A DNA stretch of 64,000 nucleotides from Alphaproteobacteria bacterium (GTDB taxonomy: Bacteria > Pseudomonadota > Alphaproteobacteria > MPNO01 > UBA830), in NCBI GenBank assembly GCA_965243135.1, contig OZ251539.1, positions 4,896,001 to 4,960,000 of the forward strand, given 5' to 3'. Below are positions 56,514 to 64,000 of this stretch, piece by piece; within the stretch, counting starts at the first letter, position 1; each line of letters starts with the position of its first letter. Both the position numbers and the translations under genes were made by a program. The notes under the pieces were generated by a model. The model had not been told where the DNA came from. It ran no database searches and worked only from the letters and a program-made list of their open reading frames with translations.

Positions 56514-57830
56514 ATGACGGAAGCGCTGATCGGCTTCGCCGTTCTCCTGATCCTCGTGTTCCTGCGAATGCCGATCGCGTTCGCGATGGGCCTCGTGGGC
56601 TTCGTCGGGTTCGGCGCGTTGTCGGGATGGCAGCCGTCCCTCGCCATGGTCGGCACCCTGGTTTCCGACACGGCGCTGAGCTACGGGCTTTCGGTCGTCC
56701 CCATGTTCATCCTGATGGGGAATTTCGTCGCGCGCGCGGGCCTGTCTTCGGAACTGTACGACGCGTCGCACGCCTTTCTCGGCCACCGCCGCGGCGGGTT
56801 GTCGATGGCGACGGTCGTCGCCTGCGGCGGCTTCAGCGCCATTTGCGGCTCCTCGCTCGCGACCGCGGCGACCATGTCGAAGGTCGCGCTGCCGCCGATG
56901 CGCCGCTACGGCTACGCGGACACCCTCGCCACGGCGTCGATCGCCGCCGGCGGCACGCTCGGGATCCTCATCCCGCCGAGCGTCATCCTCGTGATCTACG
57001 GCCTGATGACCGAAACCTCGATCCGCGAACTGTTCGCGGCCGGCTTCCTGCCCGGCGTGCTCGGGATCTTCCTGTACATGGCGGCGGTCAGATACGTGGT
57101 GTGGCGGGATCCCGGGGCCGGCCCGGCGGCGCCGCGGCGCGGATGGCGGGAACGCATGCAGGCGTTGCGCGGCGTCTGGGGCACGCTGCTGCTCTTCGCG
57201 GTGGTCATGGGCGGCATCTACGGCGGCGCGTTCACGCCGACCGAAGCTGCGGGGGTGGGCGCCGGCGGGGCGTTCCTGATCGCCCTGTCGCGCCGCGCGC
57301 TGACTTGGCGAATCCTTTACGAAGTGCTGGCCGAGAGCGCGCGGACGACGGCGGTTCTCTTCACGGTGCTGATCGGCGCGCTGATATTTTCGAATTTCGT
57401 GAACCGGGCGGGCCTGCCCGACGGGCTGCTCGCGCTGGTGACGGGCCACGACTTCTCGCCGCTCGCGGTGATCGCCATCATCCTCGCGATCTACGTCGTG
57501 CTCGGCTGCGTTTTCGAAAGCCTGTCGATGCTGCTGTTGACGATACCGATCTTTTTCCCGGTCGTCAGGGAACTCGGATACGCCGGCCTCGGCGGCGAAC
57601 AGATTCTCGTCTGGTTCGGGATCGTCGCCGTGGTCGTCACCGAGATCAGCCTCATCACGCCGCCGGTCGGCCTCAACGTGTTCGTGCTGTCGGGCGTGGT
57701 CAGGGACGTGGGAACGGCCACCGTTTTCAAGGGAGTTACGCCCTTCTGGTGCGCCGATATCGTCAGGCTGTCGATCCTGGTCGCGGCGCCCGCGATTTCG
57801 CTGTTCCTGCCGCGCCTGTTCTACGGCTGA
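56514..57830 (+). CDS. TRAP large permease DctM
   Basis: VPMFILMG, GSSLAT, GTLGILIPPS, FTPTEA and ITPPVGLN. Confidence 0.95.
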   Translation: MTEALIGFAVLLILVFLRMPIAFAMGLVGFVGFGALSGWQPSLAMVGTLVSDTALSYGLSVVPMFILMGNFVARAGLSSELYDASHAFLGHRRGGLSMATVVACGGFSAICGSSLATAATMSKVALPPMRRYGYADTLATASIAAGGTLGILIPPSVILVIYGLMTETSIRELFAAGFLPGVLGIFLYMAAVRYVVWRDPGAGPAAPRRGWRERMQALRGVWGTLLLFAVVMGGIYGGAFTPTEAAGVGAGGAFLIALSRRALTWRILYEVLAESARTTAVLFTVLIGALIFSNFVNRAGLPDGLLALVTGHDFSPLAVIAIILAIYVVLGCVFESLSMLLLTIPIFFPVVRELGYAGLGGEQILVWFGIVAVVVTEISLITPPVGLNVFVLSGVVRDVGTATVFKGVTPFWCADIVRLSILVAAPAISLFLPRLFYG

Positions 57831-58225
57831 ATCCGCGCCCGCTTCCTTTCGAGTCGCTCCCGCTGGCGATCGCGATCGATGACGAAGCGGACGTGACGGG
57901 CCTTTCCGACCAGATCGACGCCGTCGTGGACCTCGGCCTCGAGCGTCACGCGGCGTCCGTCGACTTCCGCGACCCTGACGGACACCGCGACCGTCATGCC
58001 GAGCAGCGTCGCGCCGAGATGGTCGACGGAAACGTGCGCGCCGACGGACTCCTCGCCGTCGTCGAGATGCGCGCCGACCAGCAGGCGCGAGGTCTCTTCA
58101 ACGTCCCGCACCATCCAGGGCGTGGCGTAGACGCGCAGGTCGTCGCCCATGAAGCCGATGGTGCGTTCCGCGTCCACCTTCCAGTCACGGGCGTCTTCGA
58201 GTCCCGGTTGGAGCGTATCCTTCAT
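57821..58225 (-). CDS. Hotdog thioesterase, fluoroacetyl-CoA thioesterase (FlK) family
   Basis: VYATPWMVRDVE (Thr/Glu), ESVG..VSVDHLGAT (His) and HVRFVID. Confidence 0.85.
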   Translation of the reverse strand: MKDTLQPGLEDARDWKVDAERTIGFMGDDLRVYATPWMVRDVEETSRLLVGAHLDDGEESVGAHVSVDHLGATLLGMTVAVSVRVAEVDGRRVTLEAEVHDGVDLVGKARHVRFVIDRDRQRERLERKRARIQP

Positions 58226-59769
58226 CGTTTCTCCGATCCGTAGATTTTCCTGAGTTCCGTCTTGAGGATCTTGCCCATCGCGCTCTTGGGCAATTCCTCG
58301 ACGAACGCCATGCGGCGGGGAATCTTGTAGCCGCCGATCCTTCCGCGGCAATGCTCGACGATTTCGTCCTCGCTCGGCGACGCGCCGGGAGCGGGCACGA
58401 CGACCGCGAACAGCGCCTCGCCGTATTTTTCGTCGGGCACGCCGACGACCGCGCATTCGTGAACGTCCGGGTGCCGGTAGAGGACGGCTTCGACCTCCGA
58501 GGAATACACGTTCTCTCCGCCGGTGATGATCACGTCCTTCTTGCGGTCGAGCAGGAACAGGTACCCGTTCCCGTCCATCCTTCCGATGTCGCCGGTAAGG
58601 AACCAGCCGCCGGAGAAAGCGCGTTCGTTCTCTTCCGGCCGGTTGAGATAGCCCCGGGTCACGTTGGCTCCGCGCACGGCCACCTCTCCGACTTCGCCGG
58701 GCGGAAGCGGAGCGCCGCCGTCGTCGACGATGCGCATGTCGACGCCTGCGACCGGCCGGCCGACGGATCGGAGAATCTCGTATTCGCCGGTCTCCATCGC
58801 CTTCGCGTGGACGTCCTCGTCGAGGGTCGTGAGTATGGGCGAGGTTTCGGTCAGGCCGTAACCCTGCTGCACGGCGGCGCCCGGGAACGCTTCCATCGTC
58901 CGCCGGGTCCATTCCACCGCCATCGGCGACGACCCGTAGAACACCCGGCCCAACGAAGCCAGATCGTAATCGTCAAAGCCCGGATCCTGCAGGGTCAGGA
59001 TGACCATCGTCGGCGCCATCATCGCCGACGTGACGCCGTAGTCCTGCACCGCGCGCAGCAGGTTGGCCGGCGCGAAGACGGGAAGGTAGGCGTGAGCGGC
59101 GCCGACCAACGTGTATCCCGTTCCGAGGAGGTCGGCGGAGTGGAACATCGGCGCGACGTGGAGGTAGACGTCGTCCGCGCTCATTTTCAGCGCGACGGCG
59201 CACTGCATGCCGTTGGCGAAGACGTTGCGATGCGAGAGCCTGACGCCCTTGGAGCGCCCGGTGGTGCCGCCGGTGTACAGCAGGATCGCGTCATCGTCCT
59301 CTTCGGCTTCCTCGCCTTCGCACGGTTGGGCGGCGGCGATCATGTCCTCCGCGCGCGGCGCGACGCCTCCCCCGTCTCCGCCGGGAACGCCCACCGCCCG
59401 CGTCTTCCACGGCGCCAGGGCGACGTCGTCCAGAAACCTCGCGAACGCGTCTTCGACGAACAGCGTTTCGACGCCGGCGTCGCCGAGAATGAACGCGATC
59501 TCGGGCGGGGCGAGCCTGTAGTTCACCGGCACCGGGACGGAGCCGTTCCAGTAGGCGGCGTGAAGCAGTTCGCAATGGCGCCAGGTGTTGCGGCAAAGGA
59601 TGCCGAAGCGGTCGCCCCGGCCGATCCCGAACTGCCGCAGAACGGCGGCCAGGCGCATCGCGCGGTCCATGTGCTCCGACCAGGTGAAACGCCCCTCCGC
59701 ATCGACGATCGCCGTGTTGGCGCCGTACAGCCGAAGCGCCCGCTCGAGCGCCGAACGCATGGTCATCAT
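58222..59769 (-). CDS. Acyl-CoA synthetase (AMP-forming)
   Basis: YTGGTTGRSKG, GYGLTE, TGDIG, DRKKDVIITGGENVY and GKILK. Confidence 0.95.
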   Translation of the reverse strand: MMTMRSALERALRLYGANTAIVDAEGRFTWSEHMDRAMRLAAVLRQFGIGRGDRFGILCRNTWRHCELLHAAYWNGSVPVPVNYRLAPPEIAFILGDAGVETLFVEDAFARFLDDVALAPWKTRAVGVPGGDGGGVAPRAEDMIAAAQPCEGEEAEEDDDAILLYTGGTTGRSKGVRLSHRNVFANGMQCAVALKMSADDVYLHVAPMFHSADLLGTGYTLVGAAHAYLPVFAPANLLRAVQDYGVTSAMMAPTMVILTLQDPGFDDYDLASLGRVFYGSSPMAVEWTRRTMEAFPGAAVQQGYGLTETSPILTTLDEDVHAKAMETGEYEILRSVGRPVAGVDMRIVDDGGAPLPPGEVGEVAVRGANVTRGYLNRPEENERAFSGGWFLTGDIGRMDGNGYLFLLDRKKDVIITGGENVYSSEVEAVLYRHPDVHECAVVGVPDEKYGEALFAVVVPAPGASPSEDEIVEHCRGRIGGYKIPRRMAFVEELPKSAMGKILKTELRKIYGSEKR

Positions 59770-59807
59770 GGCCGCGAGGCCTCTTCTTCCTCTCCGCTCC
59801 GCATACT

Positions 59808-60221
59808 CTATCGCGTTCGGTCGGAAACGGAAACGCGCCCGTCAAGAACGCCGACCGCTTCTATCTCGACCAGCATGGCGGGATGCGCGAGTTTCGATAC
59901 CTCCACCAGCGTGGAGACCGGGAAATCGCCCGCGAAATATTCCCGGCGCGCACGCCAGACCCCCTCGCGATCGCCGATGTCGGTCACGAAGACGTTCACC
60001 TTGACGATATCCGCCATCGCGCCGCCGGCGGCCTCGACGAGCGCCTTGATCTTGTCGAAGATGACCTTCGACTGTTCGTAGGCGTCGGCGCCGAGGATCG
60101 CGTCGAACGTCCCGTCGCGCGACGTCATGCCCGCGACGTAAACGTGATTTCCGGCGACGAGGCAGTTCGACCATGTGCCTTCGGGAGGTTCGGCGACTCC
60201 CTCGGCGCGTATCCGTTTCAT
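59808..60221 (-). CDS. RidA/YjgF family protein
   Basis: VYVAGM, DIVKVNVFVTDI, PVSTLVEV and VEIEA. Confidence 0.92.
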   Translation of the reverse strand: MKRIRAEGVAEPPEGTWSNCLVAGNHVYVAGMTSRDGTFDAILGADAYEQSKVIFDKIKALVEAAGGAMADIVKVNVFVTDIGDREGVWRARREYFAGDFPVSTLVEVSKLAHPAMLVEIEAVGVLDGRVSVSDRTR

Positions 60222-60225
60222 GTCG

Positions 60226-61146
60226 TCACCTCCTTTTCAAAACGGTCGTCAGATAGATGCCGGCGGCGATCAGGCCGATGCCGATCGCGTGAAACCGGAA
60301 CAGTTCCTCTCCGAGGAAGCCCATCGCCAAGAGCACGGTATAAACGGGGATGAGGTGCACGAAGAGGCCCGCCCTTCCGGGTCCCAGGTTCTCGACAGCG
60401 TGATTCCACCAGAACATCGCGAGGATCGACGAAAAAACGGCGTTGAACGCCGTCGCCCAAGCCGCCTCCCAGACCAGCGGCATCGGCGCGAAGAAGACGG
60501 TTTCGAGGATCCAGAAGGGAAACACCGCGACGGCTCCCGCGGCGAGGATGCCGAACACGAGAACGAGGCGATCGAGTTCCCTCGGCACGCGGCGCAGGAG
60601 CACGGCATAGAACGCCCACGAAACGACCGAGACGAGAATGAAGACGTCGCCGACGTTCAATCGCAGCGACAGCAGAGCCGCCGGCTCGCCGCGAGCGACG
60701 AGGTAAACGACCCCGATCAGCGACAGCAGAACGCCGAGCCACTGCACGGCCGTCAGGCGGTCGCGGAACATCGCCCATGCGCAGGCCACGATCACCACCG
60801 GCTCGGCGGAGTTGATCAGAGCGCCGTTTATCGCGGTGGTGAACTGCAGGCCGACGAACAGCATGCCGTTTCCGCCGATGAAGAGCAGAGCCCCGAGGGA
60901 GGCGACGATCTTCCAGTTCGCGCGCATCAGCGGCATCTGGGCGCGCAACGCGAACCTGCACATCGGATACAGGAGGGCGAGCGCGAGCACGCAACGCCAG
61001 AAGGACAGGCCGGCCGGCGGCACGACGCCCGCGACGTCCCTCACCACGACGATGCTCCCCGCCCAGCAGAGCATTGCAAGAGGGCCGGCCAGCAGCGGCG
61101 GCGGCGCGTGCCGGGCGATGACGTTATCGGCCGGCAAGGGATTCAC
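60226..61146 (-). CDS. EamA/DMT family transporter
   Basis: About 10 TM helices; WAG, FTTAING and WAFY. Confidence 0.9.
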   Translation of the reverse strand: MNPLPADNVIARHAPPPLLAGPLAMLCWAGSIVVVRDVAGVVPPAGLSFWRCVLALALLYPMCRFALRAQMPLMRANWKIVASLGALLFIGGNGMLFVGLQFTTAINGALINSAEPVVIVACAWAMFRDRLTAVQWLGVLLSLIGVVYLVARGEPAALLSLRLNVGDVFILVSVVSWAFYAVLLRRVPRELDRLVLVFGILAAGAVAVFPFWILETVFFAPMPLVWEAAWATAFNAVFSSILAMFWWNHAVENLGPGRAGLFVHLIPVYTVLLAMGFLGEELFRFHAIGIGLIAAGIYLTTVLKRR

Positions 61147-61290
61147 CCAGTTCCTCGTTCACGCACGGCAGCGCCTCGCGCGCCTCCATCGACCGCCCGG
61201 CAAGCGCGGCACAGTCGCGCTCCGTGCAACGCGCGGAAATCCTCCACCTCTTCGCGAGTCGTTGGCGAGCCGGTATGGCGGCGCGCCTGC

Positions 61291-61648
61291 CTAAATGCCG
61301 AGGATCATGGCCTGCATCGTCTTGGCGTTGCGGCCGATATCCAGGTTGCCCAGCCTCTCGGCGTTCGAAAGAAGTCCGCCGGGACCGATGCCGAAGATGA
61401 AGCGACCTTCGGTCAGACGATCGATCATCGCCACATGGGCCGCGACCATGGCGGGACGGCAGCGTCACGGCCGCGCTGCCGAAAGCGATTCGCTTCGCGT
61501 CGCTCGAGAGAGACGCAACGAGCATCAGGCAGGAAGCGACGGGTTCGGCGTGGTCGGCGAACAGGATCGCCTCGCGATCCTCCCGCAGAACCCGGCGGTG
61601 GTCCCTCGCCGACGGATGCACGGGCTGAATGAAGAAGCCGAGGCGCAT
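61291..61648 (-). pseudogene. Luciferase-like (LLM) flavin monooxygenase remnant
   Basis: MRLGFFIQPVHP...EDREAILFAD (internal deletion)...IAFGSAAVTLP, then frameshift to VAMIDRLTEGRFIFGIGPGGL and an early stop. Confidence 0.8.
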
Positions 61649-61893
61649 GCCGCCGACTATAGCAAAACGCCCGGCGGCGCGACAGAAAAACGGGCGGAAA
61701 CGCAGGCCTATCCCCCGCTGTTTTTTTATATGCCAGCACGTCAGGTCAGGGTGCTGGCTAGATCCCAACCGGTGAACCGGGCGGCCCGGAACATGCAGCA
61801 TGCCGGGTTCGGAACGGCGACACTTCGGGGGAAGGGGGGTATAGAGGTACGGAGGAGGAGAGTTTGCTTCCGGCACTGCGCGCCGACGAGGCG

Positions 61894-63618
61894 TCAAGGC
61901 AGGAGAACGGCCTCCATTCCCTTGCGACGGTCGAACGAACGCGTAGCCTGCGCCACGCTGTCCATATTCTTACGAAGAATTATCGCGCAGGCGATGCTTC
62001 CGATAGTCGCATTGCTTGCGGAGCCGAAGCCGGTGCTGAACCGCGAGTGGTCTTCCCGGAAGTTGACGTCGCGGAGGTCCTTGTTCTCGACGCTCCAGTG
62101 TCCGCGGCTGAAGGCCAGCAATTCCCCGGCTCCAGCCTCGGCCAGGGAGGTGATGCCGTAAGCGTGCTCGATGGTTTTCGCGCCGGTCTTCACAACCTCC
62201 CGTTCGCGGGTAACGCGGAAGATCTGCGCGACGTGAGGGTAGTTGATCGCGCCCGGGAGGAGTCTGACGACATGCCGTTGGTCGATGCGTCCGTGGGCGA
62301 GGTCGGCTTCTTCGGAGAAACCGGCGTCCGCCTCCCACTCTATCGTCTCCAGAAGTTCGCACGTCTCGGGCGAGTTGCCCTTGATCGAGAGGAGGTAGTC
62401 GGCGCGATGCGTTTCGACGATGAGCCGGGCCGTGTCCCTGGTCGTGTGAAGGGCATCGAGAGTGATGACACGGCCCGACACGTCGACAGTTTCAAGCAGT
62501 GCGCGGACGGCGGCGATCTCTCCGCCTTCAAAGCCGATGCCGACAAGCGGGATACCCGTGTTGTGCTCGACCAAGGTTGCGATTTCGGCATGAACGGCGC
62601 CGGTGCGGTTGGCCCGGCGGACGCGCTTGCCGTCGGCCGCGATCGCGCGCCCAATCTCAAGGCGTGGCACGGCGTGGCGGACAAGCGCCTTCTTGATCTC
62701 GATCAGGTCAATGTTCGAGACGACGCGGTGGATGGTGGATTTCGAGACGGCCTCGTGAAGTTCCGTCTTCTTGTTCTTCCATGCGCCGAGCGCTTCGAGT
62801 TCCTCCTGGGTCAGCGACTTTGCATACTCGGCCGCCGCCACTGGTCCACGGAACCCGGCCAGCCAGGCAAGCGCGTAGATGCTGAAGACCGACGCCGCGG
62901 AATGTTTCCGCCCTTGCGCCCGGCGAAAGTCGACGATTTCCGCGAATTCGTCGCGGAGCGCGCGGAGTTCGCCGGGCTTTTTCCCCGAAGCGGCCCCTGT
63001 CCGCTCCCACTTCTCGGGTAGTTTCCTTGCGCGCAGAAGGCGCTGCGCATCGCGCCGAAGCGGATGGACGTAAAGCCGTTTGGGCGCGCCGTGCGGTTCC
63101 GTGTACCGGCCATTCGACCTGGAATACCCCTTCGAATCTCCGACATGAATCCAGCCGCCCGCCTTGTAGATGGTGCCCTCGAAACGGGACGGGTCGACAA
63201 AGGTTTCGGCCAACAGCAGCCGATGCCCCCAATGCGCCTGCCAGTCGTCGCTGAGACGGCTCAGCATCCGCGCCATCGCAAAAGACGCCAAGTTGCGGCA
63301 CATGCTCTGCTTCGCCAGCGACACGAAGCGGGTGTTGTTGGCTATCAGGTGCAGACGGCGAAACTGGCTGGCGGGATCCCAGCCGATCCACCGATCCCGC
63401 GGCCGGCACTTGAACGCGCCGGTTTGCCAGCCCGCAAGCGCCAGCCAGCGGTCCCGCCATGCAACCACGTACCGCAAGCCGCGCCCAGCGAAACGCTTGA
63501 ACTCCAGGTAATGGTTCTCGCGAACGAGAGCGTCCCACCTGACCCGTTCGTCCGGTCGAGCGAGGCGAACCTCCACCTCCTCGAGCGAAAAATCTTCCAA
63601 GTCGAGAATCTCAGCCAT
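61894..63618 (-). mobile_element. ISAs1-family DDE transposase with N-terminal DUF4338 (DruA-like) domain
   Basis: N-term HYL...LRY...RDRWIGW...NNTRF...NLAS...ETFVDPSRFEGTIYKAGGW; C-term DFRRAQGRKH, IAADGK, VITLDALH, IKGN, HGRID and RGHWSVEN...DVNFRED. Confidence 0.88.
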
Positions 63619-63875
63619 GACCTGTGAGTAACCGAATCGGTTGACGAAAGCCAGAGAAACATGCAGCGCAGCGAAAATAAGCGCGGAATCACGCCGCAAC
63701 CGTAGCGTGGGATCGCCCTAGCGGAAAAGCCGGCCCCGTCAAGCGTAAAGCTCGGCTTCGCCAAGCGGCGCCGATCCGCTCTCGAAACGGCGGAAAAGCC
63801 GCCGGAATCATCCGCTGAATCGTTGCCGCGCGCCCGGTTCACCGATCCCGCAGCAAACCATCCGCCGTCCCCGCC

Positions 63876-64000
63876 TCATTCGGCGCGTTCGACCGCCGCC
63901 TGCAGCCGATCCGGAGATTCTTTCGCAGCCGCGGCGACAAGCCTCCGCATTTCCTCCACGTCCTCGGCGTATTCCTTAAGACGCCGCTCGAAGCTCGCCC
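63876..64000 (-). CDS. 3' end of a gene entering from beyond the window (function not assignable)
   Basis: Open frame ...ASFERRLKEYAEDVEEMRRLVAAAAKESPDRLQAAVERAE*. Confidence 0.55.
   Translation of the reverse strand, partial: ASFERRLKEYAEDVEEMRRLVAAAAKESPDRLQAAVERAE

Noticed and set aside
61747-63720. ISAs1 terminal repeats at CAGGG (61747) and GCCCTA (63720)
   Set aside because: Only about 5 bp match and no flanking target duplication, so element boundaries were not called.
1-64000. tRNA, rRNA, CRISPR arrays, prophage, retron or reverse transcriptase
   Set aside because: None of the diagnostic sequences or motifs were seen on either strand.

Overview
High-GC alphaproteobacterial chromosome segment; the gene content and order look Rhodospirillales-like (inference). 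The left third is conserved core: tandem glycine riboswitch-gcvT-gcvH-gcvPA, CDGSH protein, ispH-thrB-rnhA, peroxiredoxin, DsbD-like protein, YqgE/AlgH, M16 peptidase, thrC, M32 carboxypeptidase, SURF1 and an eroded DUF983. It is followed by a Schlafen/AlbA_2-HATPase gene split by a ~0.4 kb MITE-like insert (terminal inverted repeats, 2-3 bp duplication), a GldA/F/G-DUF4340 ABC module, and ibpA with an RpoH promoter and ROSE thermometer. Next come IS1380 and IS1634 remnants and an orphan NHLP-leader (proteusin-type) RiPP precursor. This precursor has a Cys/Ser/Thr-rich core, a C12 tract in its putative promoter spacer, and evidence of a lost tandem paralog. The right two-thirds are accessory metabolism: LhgO-like oxidase, DehI-like protein, ackA, LVIVD propeller, cysG-DUF2849-sulfite reductase-DUF934, cupin and CmtC/CmtD-like ring-cleavage enzymes, sulfatase, hydrolases, urea/amide-type ABC and TRAP transporters, a GT-C/GT2 pair, a short MetE-like protein and a CoA ligase/thioesterase/RidA/EamA operon. 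Interspersed are low-GC toxin-antitoxin-like cassettes, pseudogenes and a DUF4338-fused ISAs1 transposase. I saw no rRNA, tRNA or CRISPR array. All family assignments come from motif recognition by eye, not from database searches.
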